Assembly: GCA_964346445.1 (NCBI GenBank)
Contig: CAYFUI010000003.1
Coordinates: forward strand, 1-45,029
Direction: 5' to 3'
From: an uncultured Candidatus Saccharibacteria bacterium
GTDB taxonomy: Bacteria; Patescibacteriota; Saccharimonadia; Saccharimonadales; Saccharimonadaceae
Length of the DNA: 45,029 bases
Shown here piece by piece: positions 1-8,997 of the stretch; position 1 is the first letter of the stretch, and each line of letters opens with the position of its first letter. The translations under genes were made by a program, and so were the position numbers. Under the pieces are notes generated by a model. It was given only the letters and a program-made list of their open reading frames with translations, made no database searches and was not told the origin of the DNA.

Positions 1-23
1 CAGTTCGCTGCGTGGCCGTGTAA

Positions 24-230
24 TTATTTATCTTGGGTTAAATACCAGCCAAGGTCAATATCTTGATAAACCTTCAGTTTAATGTTGTGGTTAAGTGACA
101 TTAAATCCTGCGCCTGCTGCCAAGCCTGTGCCTTGCTGGAGTATCTTTTTTTAGTTTTACTTGGCATGCTGTAGGTCTTTCTAGTGGGTTGGTTTATTTT
201 ATAATTTTTTTTATAATTACGTCTTGGCAT
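24..230 (-). CDS. small basic hypothetical protein (68 aa)
   Basis: ORF starts 2 nt after the dus stop (TAA-AA-ATG around 228-235). The N-terminal half is Lys/Arg-rich. No family recognised. Confidence 0.4.
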   Translation of the reverse strand: MPRRNYKKNYKINQPTRKTYSMPSKTKKRYSSKAQAWQQAQDLMSLNHNIKLKVYQDIDLGWYLTQDK

Positions 231-232
231 TT

Positions 233-1219
233 TTATGAAACCCTTTCCTTTAAGGGGTAATAAGTAAAGAAATTTGTGGCAACCTCACGCGCCTCCTGTG
301 TGTTTCTTGTCTGCATGAGTTGATGACGCAACTTACTAGCTTCTGCAAAATCTTTAATATATATTTTATAGAACCGCTTTAGGGGATCATACTTGCGCGT
401 TCCGTACTCTTTTTCATATTTGTCGTGTTGGTCAAGGTGATACCAAAACAAGGATAACAATTGGTTAATAGTTGGAGGTGCTGATAGTTTAGAAAATGCA
501 AAAGGGTTAGCAAAAACACCTCTTCCTATCATAATTCCGTCAATTTGATAACGTCTATATAATTCAATACCGTGTTGATAATCTCTAATGTCACCATTGA
601 TAGTAATGAGTGTTTGTGGAGCTATTTTATTCTTCAGGTTAACAATATCTTTAATGTACTCGTAGTGTGCTGGCACTTTACTCATCTCTTTGCGGGAGCG
701 AAGGTGCACGGTGAGATTGCTGAGGTTTTGGCTTAATAAATGCGTTAGCCACGGTTTCCATTCGTCGGCTCGTATGTCTCCAAGCCGCGTCTTAACACTG
801 ACCGGGAGGCCGGCTTGCTTAGTGGCATTGATTATTTCGGATGAAAGCGCCTTATTATGAATAAGGCCACTGCCACTCCCCTGTTTAACTACCGCTTTAT
901 CAGGGCAGCCCATATTTATGTCTATACCTCTGTATCCCATCCGTTTGAGGTCTTGAGCCATAAGAGCGTAGTGTTTTGGTTTATTTCCCCAAATTTGGGC
1001 AATCACCGGCTGCTCATCTTCGGTAAAAAGTAGCCGGTTTCTAGTGCTATGGCGTCCCTGTTGGCTGGCATAACCGTCTGTACTTACAAATTCACTAAAA
1101 AATATATCTGGTGCTGCAGCTTTTTTAATAACATGCCGAAAAACGGTGTCAGTTACTGCCTCCATAGGCGCCAGCATAAATAGGGGTTTGTCTGCTTGCT
1201 TACTCCAAGGGTTGTTCAT
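233..1219 (-). CDS. dus: tRNA-dihydrouridine synthase
   Basis: N-terminal LAPMEAVTD motif and catalytic-Cys motif DINMGCP. The 328-aa length fits a Dus TIM barrel. Confidence 0.85.
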   Translation of the reverse strand: MNNPWSKQADKPLFMLAPMEAVTDTVFRHVIKKAAAPDIFFSEFVSTDGYASQQGRHSTRNRLLFTEDEQPVIAQIWGNKPKHYALMAQDLKRMGYRGIDINMGCPDKAVVKQGSGSGLIHNKALSSEIINATKQAGLPVSVKTRLGDIRADEWKPWLTHLLSQNLSNLTVHLRSRKEMSKVPAHYEYIKDIVNLKNKIAPQTLITINGDIRDYQHGIELYRRYQIDGIMIGRGVFANPFAFSKLSAPPTINQLLSLFWYHLDQHDKYEKEYGTRKYDPLKRFYKIYIKDFAEASKLRHQLMQTRNTQEAREVATNFFTYYPLKERVS

Positions 1220-1243
1220 TTCGTATCCATATATTATACATTA

Positions 1244-4200
1244 TTATATACCTTCTGTCAAGTGCTGCTCAAATGCTTTAATGCCTTTTATGTCTGCCGT
1301 ATAGTTAGCCACATCCGGCAGGTCTAAATTAATTATCTTTTGATAGACTGCTTTTACTAGTTTTTTGAAATGCGCATATTCTTCTGGGCTAAAGGTAGCC
1401 GTTAGGGTATGTATTTCACCATGTTTATCGGGTTCTACAAAAGCTAGCTGACTTTCTTGTAGTTTATAAGTAGAATAGTCTCTAGAATTTTCTATCAATA
1501 ATTGATAAAACATTAGTTGTTGCTTGTATTTATGCAATTTCACCGCTTCATAACCGCTTCCCACACCCCATCCAGGTGAAGGCTTGCCAGTCTTATAATC
1601 GGTGATAGTGATAGTCTTGGCTTTTTTATCAATTTCAAATACGTCTACATTACCGGTTAAGGGTACATTCTCAAAGACTGCATTTTGTGAATTAAAATTA
1701 ACCTCTGGTTGTTGATTTTGCTTAAAGGTAGGCTTTCTATGTTGGATAAACGCCTCAAGCGCGACAATCCCCCGCTCTAGGTGGTGCTGATAGTCTTCAG
1801 CTGTTAAGTTCATTGCCTCTAGTTCTGTAGCAAAAAGTTCAATGACATCTTTTGTGGCTGGCAGCCTACCGTTTGCATTGAACTGTAGATGTGTTTTTTG
1901 AAGAGTGCGGTGGATGGCAGTGCCGTAGGCAGCACTTGGTGCAGGCGCTTTAGGGAAGTGGAGTAAGTTTTGCATTAAGAAGTATTGCGGACCGGCATTC
2001 ATCAAATCGATAAAATTTCCTAAGGCCGTTGTATTTAGGCGGTAGTGCTTTAGTGATGGTGCTAATAAGTTTTTTAACGTACTATTAGGGGTGGTTATGT
2101 TTTGGTGCCACGCAATTTGCGCGTTATCCGTGGTGTCCGTTAGGTTAGTTAGGGGTGCTTGTTTGGTGACGCGCCAAGACGCTTCGTCTAAGAAGCTTGT
2201 TCTAAATGTACCTTTTTTGGCGTCATCCTGTAGGCTATAACTTATGTTTAAAGTTTCCTTAGCGCGTGTTGCCGCCACGTAAAAAAGCCTGATTTTTTCG
2301 TCCATAGTGTCACCGGCTGGGTTTAGGTGTAAATTTTCCGGAAATTTATAGTTTTGATTATTACCACGCATGCTAGAGCCCCACTTACTATCAACACCAT
2401 CTATAATAAATACATGTTTAAATTCTAAACCTTTTGATTTGTGGGCCGTCATAAGATTAACCGAGTGGCTATCGATGGTTTCTACCACTTGCTTAATAGA
2501 AACAGCTTCACCTAATGTGCGGTTAAGTTGCAGGAACCTAACAAATTCTTCAAGATTCGGGGGTGCTATACTTGAACTGGCTGGCCTCGTTTCTAGATGC
2601 TCCCTTAATTGACTCCTAATTGCGCTAAGTGCGTTCAAGTGTGTTAAGTAGCTGGCGGGGTTTTCTTTCAAACGCATGTTAGAAAAATAATAGTTAAATA
2701 TTGGTGATGTGAAGTTGACAGTTGTTTGCTGAGTGTCCGCTGGCGTCCCAATTAGCACATCTATGGCTTGTTCTAGTGGCAGCGTAAAGATACTTTGGTA
2801 GGTGGTAATTAGCCACTCATATATATGGGTAGTTTCTGGGATTGTTTTTAGAGCTTCAAGCCAGTGCAGTTTATTTTTATGGGCATGTAAGCTAATGTTC
2901 CAAAATGTTTCTGCCGACAGTTGCCATGCTGGGTGCGCCAACAGTTCTGGTAGTAGTGCCTGTGCTTCAATTAGTTTTTGCTGTTTCATTAAAAGGAAGA
3001 AATTGGCTAAAAGCTCAATCTGCATGATTGATTCAACCTTCAATGCGTCATCGTGCTTTTCATAAGCAACTGGAATATCCGCATTGTTTAGGTATGGTAA
3101 GAAATCAATTAGCTGCTGGTGCTTTCTAGCTATCACCACAATGTCTTGTGCTGGTGTGTTATTTTCTAATAGAGCTTTAATTTTATTTGCTACCTGCTGC
3201 CTTTCGTCATTAACGTTTTCGTATTCATAAAGATTAACTTGACTAGTTGTTTTTTTGCTACGAGCGGTTAATGTTTTATTTAAATCTTTGATAGAATTTT
3301 CCAGACGGTCTTCACCCTGAGTGATGATACTCCTCGCGCTGTCAAGAATTTGCTGGGAAGAGCGATAGTTATCAGTGAGAACTATTAACTCTGTAGCCGG
3401 TAATGTTTCAAGGAAAGTTGTTATATTGCTGCTATTAGCGCCTTGAAAACCATAGATTGCTTGGTCATCATCGCCAACGATAAAAATGTTAGGACGCCCC
3501 TCGTTAACGTCATTATCTATTAATTCATAAATAATTTGTAGCTGCGCTTGGTTAGTGTCTTGGAATTCATCAATTAATATGTGCTGAAACTGCTCCTGTA
3601 AACTATAGCGAAGTGGCATATTAGTCCTTAGCGCTTTTAGTGTCATCAAAATCATGTCATCATAATCATAGAGGTGTTGCCTCTCCATGCTCTTGATGTA
3701 TTGCTTATAAGCTTCACCAATTGCTTCAAGCTCTACTAAGCGTTTACGCGTTTTTAAAATGGCTCTTTTTTGCGGATCTTTTTCAAACCATTCGCTCTTC
3801 CATTTACTAAGAGGTGTGTTTTTTTCTAATTCATCAGCTTGGCTAATTGCCTTAAGCAGGCTTTGCTTGATGACCATAGTTAAATTAGGTGTGTTGTTTG
3901 GTAAGTTCGTGTTTGGTTGAAGTTTGTTTAGTTCCAGTAGAGCAGCTGAGTACTCTTCTAGGCTATTTTTTCCAATTCTTTTTTCTACAATTGGCGCTAA
4001 AATACTTTCTATTTTTTTAATATCTTCTTGGTTGCTGACAATGACTTCTTGTAACTGGCTAGGTGTTAACCCGCCTCTTTTTAAATTAGAAATGGCACCT
4101 TGAATACGTTTAACTTTTACAAACTCACCTTGGTTTTTACTGGCTAATATGTGACCGTGCGGCAAATTTTCTAAAATGTCAGTAATAACTTGGTGAGTAT

Positions 4201-4579
4201 TTAAACTGCTTGCCGCCTTAAATGGGATATCATTAAAAAAGGTGTCCACATTTTGGCTCATTATCATGCTTCCAAAACTATGAAAAGTGTAAATGTTTAT
4301 CCTATGAGCAGTTGGGCCTACTATTTCTAAAAGACGTTGGCGCATGGCATGGGCGCCACTGTCTGTGTATGTTAAGCAAAGGATGTTCTCGGCCGAGGTG
4401 TCGGTAGTTCGTAAAATATTAGCTATTCTCATAGCAAGAAGTTCCGTTTTGCCGGTACCTGGTCCGGCAATCACCGCTACCGGTCCTTCGACCGTATTTA
4501 CGGCCTGCCTTTGTGCCGGGTTGAGAAGTTTGTGCCGGTTAAGGTAATTAGCTTCATAATAATTAACAGTACTTGTCAT
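1244..4579 (-). CDS. UvrD/PcrA-type superfamily 1 helicase fused to a C-terminal RecB/AddA-like PD-(D/E)XK nuclease domain
   Basis: Walker A AGPGTGKT, motif II DEFQDT, and UvrD-like YRS and VAATRAK motifs. C-terminal nuclease signature ITITDYKTGK. 1111 aa. Confidence 0.8.
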   Translation of the reverse strand: MTSTVNYYEANYLNRHKLLNPAQRQAVNTVEGPVAVIAGPGTGKTELLAMRIANILRTTDTSAENILCLTYTDSGAHAMRQRLLEIVGPTAHRINIYTFHSFGSMIMSQNVDTFFNDIPFKAASSLNTHQVITDILENLPHGHILASKNQGEFVKVKRIQGAISNLKRGGLTPSQLQEVIVSNQEDIKKIESILAPIVEKRIGKNSLEEYSAALLELNKLQPNTNLPNNTPNLTMVIKQSLLKAISQADELEKNTPLSKWKSEWFEKDPQKRAILKTRKRLVELEAIGEAYKQYIKSMERQHLYDYDDMILMTLKALRTNMPLRYSLQEQFQHILIDEFQDTNQAQLQIIYELIDNDVNEGRPNIFIVGDDDQAIYGFQGANSSNITTFLETLPATELIVLTDNYRSSQQILDSARSIITQGEDRLENSIKDLNKTLTARSKKTTSQVNLYEYENVNDERQQVANKIKALLENNTPAQDIVVIARKHQQLIDFLPYLNNADIPVAYEKHDDALKVESIMQIELLANFFLLMKQQKLIEAQALLPELLAHPAWQLSAETFWNISLHAHKNKLHWLEALKTIPETTHIYEWLITTYQSIFTLPLEQAIDVLIGTPADTQQTTVNFTSPIFNYYFSNMRLKENPASYLTHLNALSAIRSQLREHLETRPASSSIAPPNLEEFVRFLQLNRTLGEAVSIKQVVETIDSHSVNLMTAHKSKGLEFKHVFIIDGVDSKWGSSMRGNNQNYKFPENLHLNPAGDTMDEKIRLFYVAATRAKETLNISYSLQDDAKKGTFRTSFLDEASWRVTKQAPLTNLTDTTDNAQIAWHQNITTPNSTLKNLLAPSLKHYRLNTTALGNFIDLMNAGPQYFLMQNLLHFPKAPAPSAAYGTAIHRTLQKTHLQFNANGRLPATKDVIELFATELEAMNLTAEDYQHHLERGIVALEAFIQHRKPTFKQNQQPEVNFNSQNAVFENVPLTGNVDVFEIDKKAKTITITDYKTGKPSPGWGVGSGYEAVKLHKYKQQLMFYQLLIENSRDYSTYKLQESQLAFVEPDKHGEIHTLTATFSPEEYAHFKKLVKAVYQKIINLDLPDVANYTADIKGIKAFEQHLTEGI

Positions 4580-4650
4580 ATAACCTATTTTACCACCCTT
4601 AGTCCATAAAGCTTATCTTGACTGGGCATTTAATGTTATAATATGTGAGT

Positions 4651-5145
4651 ATGTATGACGAGTTAGCTATAGAGAGAAAACTGCAAGAGCACTTTAATTT
4701 AGACATAGAAATTGACAAAATGGTTTTGTTTGAGACACCAGCTAGTCCGGCGCTACGCGCTAGTTTGTTTATGACTAAAAAGAAACAGCTCTACGCTTTC
4801 ATAGAAGGCCGCTCTAGCGCTACACTAAGCGATATAAGAAAAGTGGTTAATAATATGGGCCTGGTTGGTGAAGCATATTTGCCTCCTAAGGGAAATACGC
4901 ATTATTTTGATGATATCGCTACATTGCATTTTCAAAAAACTTTTCCTGGACGACGACCGCTAAAACCAAGCGACTTAAGATATTACCGCACTTTAGCGCC
5001 CTATTTACCTGCCTTGGTGTTAGTTGCGGCCGTAAAGGATGGAATCATTAAACGCTATGACTCCGATGCCTCAACTAAATGGCGGCCGGTAAAAAGATTG
5101 TCATATAAGCGCATTAGCCCGATTGAAGAGAAGTATAAAAAGTAA
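4651..5145 (+). CDS. hypothetical protein (about 164 aa)
   Basis: Long ORF with no motif recognised. The tracked GTG at 4645 lies only 2 nt after the -10 hexamer (4637-4642), so ATG 4651 is the more plausible start. Confidence 0.5.
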   Translation: MYDELAIERKLQEHFNLDIEIDKMVLFETPASPALRASLFMTKKKQLYAFIEGRSSATLSDIRKVVNNMGLVGEAYLPPKGNTHYFDDIATLHFQKTFPGRRPLKPSDLRYYRTLAPYLPALVLVAAVKDGIIKRYDSDASTKWRPVKRLSYKRISPIEEKYKK

Positions 5146-5643
5146 TTAAAGGCTGTCTGGGTTTGGAGTAAGGCAAGGTGTGCCGCTAGGTACCGGACCC
5201 TTAGCTGTAACTGCACCTCTCCCGCCACCTTTTTTGTTGTATTCTATAGTGATTACTGGGCAACCAAGGTCACTAACAAAGAAGCTATCTGAATTCGCAG
5301 GCTTCGTTTTGCCAGCTTTAGAGCAGCTAACCCTTGTCTGTGTGGGGGTCTCGGGGTTAGCAATTATTTCCGGTTTAATTTCTAAAGTTTTGGCACTGTT
5401 TGCGGGAGTATCAGTAATCAGCGAGCAAGTTAAGACAGTTTCGTTGTAATTTGCAAAATTTTCTAATGCACTTGCAAATATTTTTACTTGGCTTTCTTTA
5501 TTTTTATTTTCTGAGTTATTTCTTACAACTGTGTATGATATGGTAGAAAGGCTAATTAGTATGCCAACGATTGCCACTACCACCACAACCTCAATTAGGG
5601 AGTAGGCTTTTTTATGATAAGCATTTGTGATATTTTTATACAT
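5146..5643 (-). CDS. type IV pilin-like protein (prepilin-type N-terminal domain, atypical cleavage site)
   Basis: Short basic leader, then AYSLIEVVVVVAIVGILISL (class III signal with conserved Glu+5 and a hydrophobic helix). The mature part contains 4 Cys. Confidence 0.65.
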   Translation of the reverse strand: MYKNITNAYHKKAYSLIEVVVVVAIVGILISLSTISYTVVRNNSENKNKESQVKIFASALENFANYNETVLTCSLITDTPANSAKTLEIKPEIIANPETPTQTRVSCSKAGKTKPANSDSFFVSDLGCPVITIEYNKKGGGRGAVTAKGPVPSGTPCLTPNPDSL

Positions 5644-5666
5644 AACCTTATTGTACTATACTTGTT

Positions 5667-6998
5667 TTATTTTTTAATTTTATCTAATACAACCAGGTGC
5701 TCAATGTGTGGGGTTCGTGGGAAAAAGTTATAGCCTTTGTGGTATGTGATACGGTAGTAATCTAGCAGTGGCGCAATATCTCGGGCTTGCGTCACCGGAT
5801 TGCAGCTTAAATAAATTATTCTAAATGGTTGTTTTTTTATGAGAGTGTTCACCACTTCTTTATGTAAACCGGCACGTGGTGGGTCGACTATAGTAATTTG
5901 GTTAGTTTTTATGTAATTAGTAGCATCTTCACTGGCTGCTAAAACGGGCTTGGCTATTTTTGATAAATTTAATAATTGAATATTTTCTTTCATCTCATTA
6001 AAGGCAACTGGATTAACTTCTACTAAGGTTAATTGGTTTTTTGGAGCGACACTCAAGCCAATGGTACCGACCCCACTATAAAGGTCTAATACCGGCATGT
6101 TGGATGGTATATATTTTTTAATGTCTTCTAATACTTTTTCGTATACTGGTATATTAATTTGGAAAAAGCCATCGGTTTGGTAGTAAAAATCTTGCCCAAG
6201 GATTGTGTCACCTAATGTGGTGTTACGTTTAGTTTTAAAGAGTGAATCGGTTTTAACACTAGCAGGACTGTTTGGATTTGAGTAAATAACTTCACCGTTA
6301 CCAAGCACATCCAACGACTCTTTGAGTGGCTGCGTTAAAGATGATTGGTCTTTTATGTATAATTGCCAAGCGGTATCCCCTTTTTGTGTAGCGCGTACCA
6401 AAAGCGTTTTTAAATGACGACCACTAACCTGATGCTTGTTAAGTATGTCAAGCATATCATTTGCAAGATTTGTAATAGCAGGCATAGCTAGACTGGTTTT
6501 TGAAATAGGCATTTTAAAATGCGAACCACGCTTAAAGAAGGCTAAGTTTAATTTTTCTTTATCTTTGTCGTACCAAAAACTATATTCTATCTTGTTGCGA
6601 TAATAGTACTCCTCGTGGTTGGTCCAGTTTGTAATAGGATAAGGTAAGACTATGTTCTGCAGCTCGAAAGCTTCTTCTATTAGGGCGCTTTTATAAAATA
6701 ATTCTGCTTGAAAGCTCATAATTTGCCAAGGGCTTGTTGAGAGATAGCTACTGGCATCCTTAGGATTGATACGCTGACTGGCCGGCTCTAAAACCGTCTC
6801 CACTATTCCTTCGTAGAATGTTGGCTTATTTTTTGTAATTGTAATGGTGGCTGCCTCCCCCGGTAGCACCCCCCAAGCTAATATTTTTTTACCGTCATCC
6901 GGGTCTTGTGAAACAACATTGCCAAGCGCTTGTCCACCATAAATAATGGTATGAAATTTTGCTGTTACAACCTTCCCTCTTTTTCTGTTCTTTGTCAT
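5667..6998 (-). CDS. RNA (uracil-5)-methyltransferase, RlmD/RlmCD/TrmA family
   Basis: SAM-binding motif DLYSGVGTIG, VDPPRAGL, and catalytic Cys motif YLSCNP. The N-terminal region is TRAM-like. Confidence 0.8.
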   Translation of the reverse strand: MTKNRKRGKVVTAKFHTIIYGGQALGNVVSQDPDDGKKILAWGVLPGEAATITITKNKPTFYEGIVETVLEPASQRINPKDASSYLSTSPWQIMSFQAELFYKSALIEEAFELQNIVLPYPITNWTNHEEYYYRNKIEYSFWYDKDKEKLNLAFFKRGSHFKMPISKTSLAMPAITNLANDMLDILNKHQVSGRHLKTLLVRATQKGDTAWQLYIKDQSSLTQPLKESLDVLGNGEVIYSNPNSPASVKTDSLFKTKRNTTLGDTILGQDFYYQTDGFFQINIPVYEKVLEDIKKYIPSNMPVLDLYSGVGTIGLSVAPKNQLTLVEVNPVAFNEMKENIQLLNLSKIAKPVLAASEDATNYIKTNQITIVDPPRAGLHKEVVNTLIKKQPFRIIYLSCNPVTQARDIAPLLDYYRITYHKGYNFFPRTPHIEHLVVLDKIKK

Positions 6999-7144
6999 AG
7001 TAATATAATAGCACCAACACGGTACACCTCCCTAGGGTCTGCGCTGTTTGCATTTAGTTAGGTGCTACTTTTATCAGCTCATTATGGGCGTATCTTTTTT
7101 TTGGCTTTTAGTGTACAATATAGCAGGAGCGAAAAAGTTAATGA

Positions 7145-7219
7145 TGGGATGTCGCCAAGTGGTAAGGCACCAGGTTTTGGTCCTGGCATTCGGGGGTTCG
7201 AATCCCTCCATCCCAGCCA
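7145..7219 (+). tRNA. tRNA-Gln (anticodon UUG), CCA encoded
   Basis: Cloverleaf read by hand. Acceptor stem TGGGATG/CATCCCA with a U1-A72 pair, anticodon stem CCAGG/CCTGG, loop TTTTGGT, T-arm GGGGG-TTCGAAT-CCCTC, discriminator G followed by CCA. Confidence 0.9.
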
Positions 7220-7245
7220 TTTGCAGTCGCTATTTTTATTTTTAA

Positions 7246-8997
7246 ATGATCATATTAAAGTTTTTAAAACCATATAAATGGCTAGTGGTAACACTGGTTT
7301 TGCTTATTATAATCCAAGTTTTTTCAACGCTACAATTGCCGCGCTACATGGGTAAAATTGTTGATCAGGGGGTGTTAGCTCAAAATATTGGCAATATTTT
7401 TTATATAGGAATGCTAATGCTACTTTTTACGATAATTTCAGCAGTGGCTGCCGTTATGGCCGGCTATTTAGCAGCAAAGGTAGGTGCTGGCTTAGGTAAA
7501 GACATGCGCTTGGCGGTTTTTAAACACGTTGAAAGCTTTTCATTGTTAGAATTTAATAATTTCTCAACGGCTACCTTAATCACCAGAACAACCAATGATG
7601 TTCAACAGGTCCAAAATTTGACGACTGTCTTACTACGCGTCATGCTGATGGCGCCACTAATGGCGTTAGGCGCACTTTATAATGCCCTGACTACTGCACC
7701 TTCATTAAGCTGGATCATTCTTATTGCGGTAATTAGTTTAATTGGCGTAGTGTTGGTGCTATTCTCTTTGTCGTTGCCTAGGTTTAAGCGGTTGCAAAAG
7801 ACTATTGACCAGCTTAATCTTGTGACGCGTGAAAACCTTACTGGCTTAAAAGTTGTCAGGGCATTTAATAACGAAAAACTAGAGGAAGAAAAACAACTAG
7901 CGGTGAACACAAAGCTGACACGTTTAAGTTTAATTATTAACCGTTTAATGTTAACAATGGATCCGTTCATGACTGTTATTACTGGCTTAACAATGGTAGC
8001 AATTTTATGGTTTGGAGCGCAATTGGTGCAGGTGGAGGCAGTTGAAATAGGCAGCTTAATGGCCTTTATGCAATATGCAATCCGAGTAGTAACAGCCTTC
8101 TTAACGTTGTCAATGATCTTCATTATGACGCCTAGGGCGGTGGTTTCTGCCAAACGAATTAAGAATATCTTAGATGTAAATCCAAAAATTAAAAACCCAC
8201 CAATTGCTAAAAAGTTGCCTGCCGATGGAGGCGGGATAGTAGAGTTTAAGAATGTATGCTTTAAATATCCAGAAGCCAGTGAGGCTGTTTTAGAAGGCAT
8301 TAACTTTACGGCTAAACCAGGCACGGTGACAGCAATTATTGGTGGGACTGGTAGTGGCAAAACAACTTTGATTGGGTTATTGCCGCGTTTTTACGACGCG
8401 ACGAGTGGTGAGGTGTTGATTGATGGCGTTAATGTAAAGGAGTTGAAACTGAGTGACCTCTATGGACAGTTGGGCTATGTGCCGCAAAAAAGTGTTTTAT
8501 TTAGTGGGAGCGTTTGGGATAACTTAACATATGGCAACCCCAGTGCAGCTAAAGATGAAATAGAAGAAGCGCTGCGGATTGCCCAAGCCACACACTTTAT
8601 CAATGAGCTAGATGGTGGACTGCAAGCGCCTGTTGTGCAGGGAGGTGATAATTTCTCTGGTGGGCAGAAGCAAAGAATGGCTATTGCTCGTGCTTTAGTA
8701 GTTAATCCTAAAATATTTGTCTTTGATGACTCATTTTCAGCGTTAGACCTAAAGACGGACCGGTCTTTAAGACAAGAGTTAGGTAAAAAATTACACGACA
8801 AAACATTTATTATAGTGGCGCAGCGCATTAATTCAATAAAAAATGCCGATAATATTATAGTGTTAGACAAAGGAAAGATTGTCGGACAAGGCACTCACCA
8901 CGAACTTTTGCGGACTAATAGTGTTTATCAAGAAATTGCTATGTCGCAACTAACGCAGACCGAATTTGACGAAGAAGTAAGGGGTCAAGATGAGTAA
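7246..8997 (+). CDS. ABC transporter permease/ATP-binding fusion protein (type IV exporter, subunit 1 of heterodimer)
   Basis: Six-TM N-terminal half. Walker A GGTGSGKTT, signature FSGGQKQR, Walker B IFVFDD. Confidence 0.85.
   Translation: MIILKFLKPYKWLVVTLVLLIIIQVFSTLQLPRYMGKIVDQGVLAQNIGNIFYIGMLMLLFTIISAVAAVMAGYLAAKVGAGLGKDMRLAVFKHVESFSLLEFNNFSTATLITRTTNDVQQVQNLTTVLLRVMLMAPLMALGALYNALTTAPSLSWIILIAVISLIGVVLVLFSLSLPRFKRLQKTIDQLNLVTRENLTGLKVVRAFNNEKLEEEKQLAVNTKLTRLSLIINRLMLTMDPFMTVITGLTMVAILWFGAQLVQVEAVEIGSLMAFMQYAIRVVTAFLTLSMIFIMTPRAVVSAKRIKNILDVNPKIKNPPIAKKLPADGGGIVEFKNVCFKYPEASEAVLEGINFTAKPGTVTAIIGGTGSGKTTLIGLLPRFYDATSGEVLIDGVNVKELKLSDLYGQLGYVPQKSVLFSGSVWDNLTYGNPSAAKDEIEEALRIAQATHFINELDGGLQAPVVQGGDNFSGGQKQRMAIARALVVNPKIFVFDDSFSALDLKTDRSLRQELGKKLHDKTFIIVAQRINSIKNADNIIVLDKGKIVGQGTHHELLRTNSVYQEIAMSQLTQTEFDEEVRGQDE

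Noticed and set aside
7677-8360. 227-aa ORF antisense to the first ABC exporter gene
   Set aside because: It lies entirely inside a gene whose sense frame carries unmistakable ABC motifs. It has no promoter, SD or recognisable motifs of its own, and its composition is typical of an antisense shadow frame.
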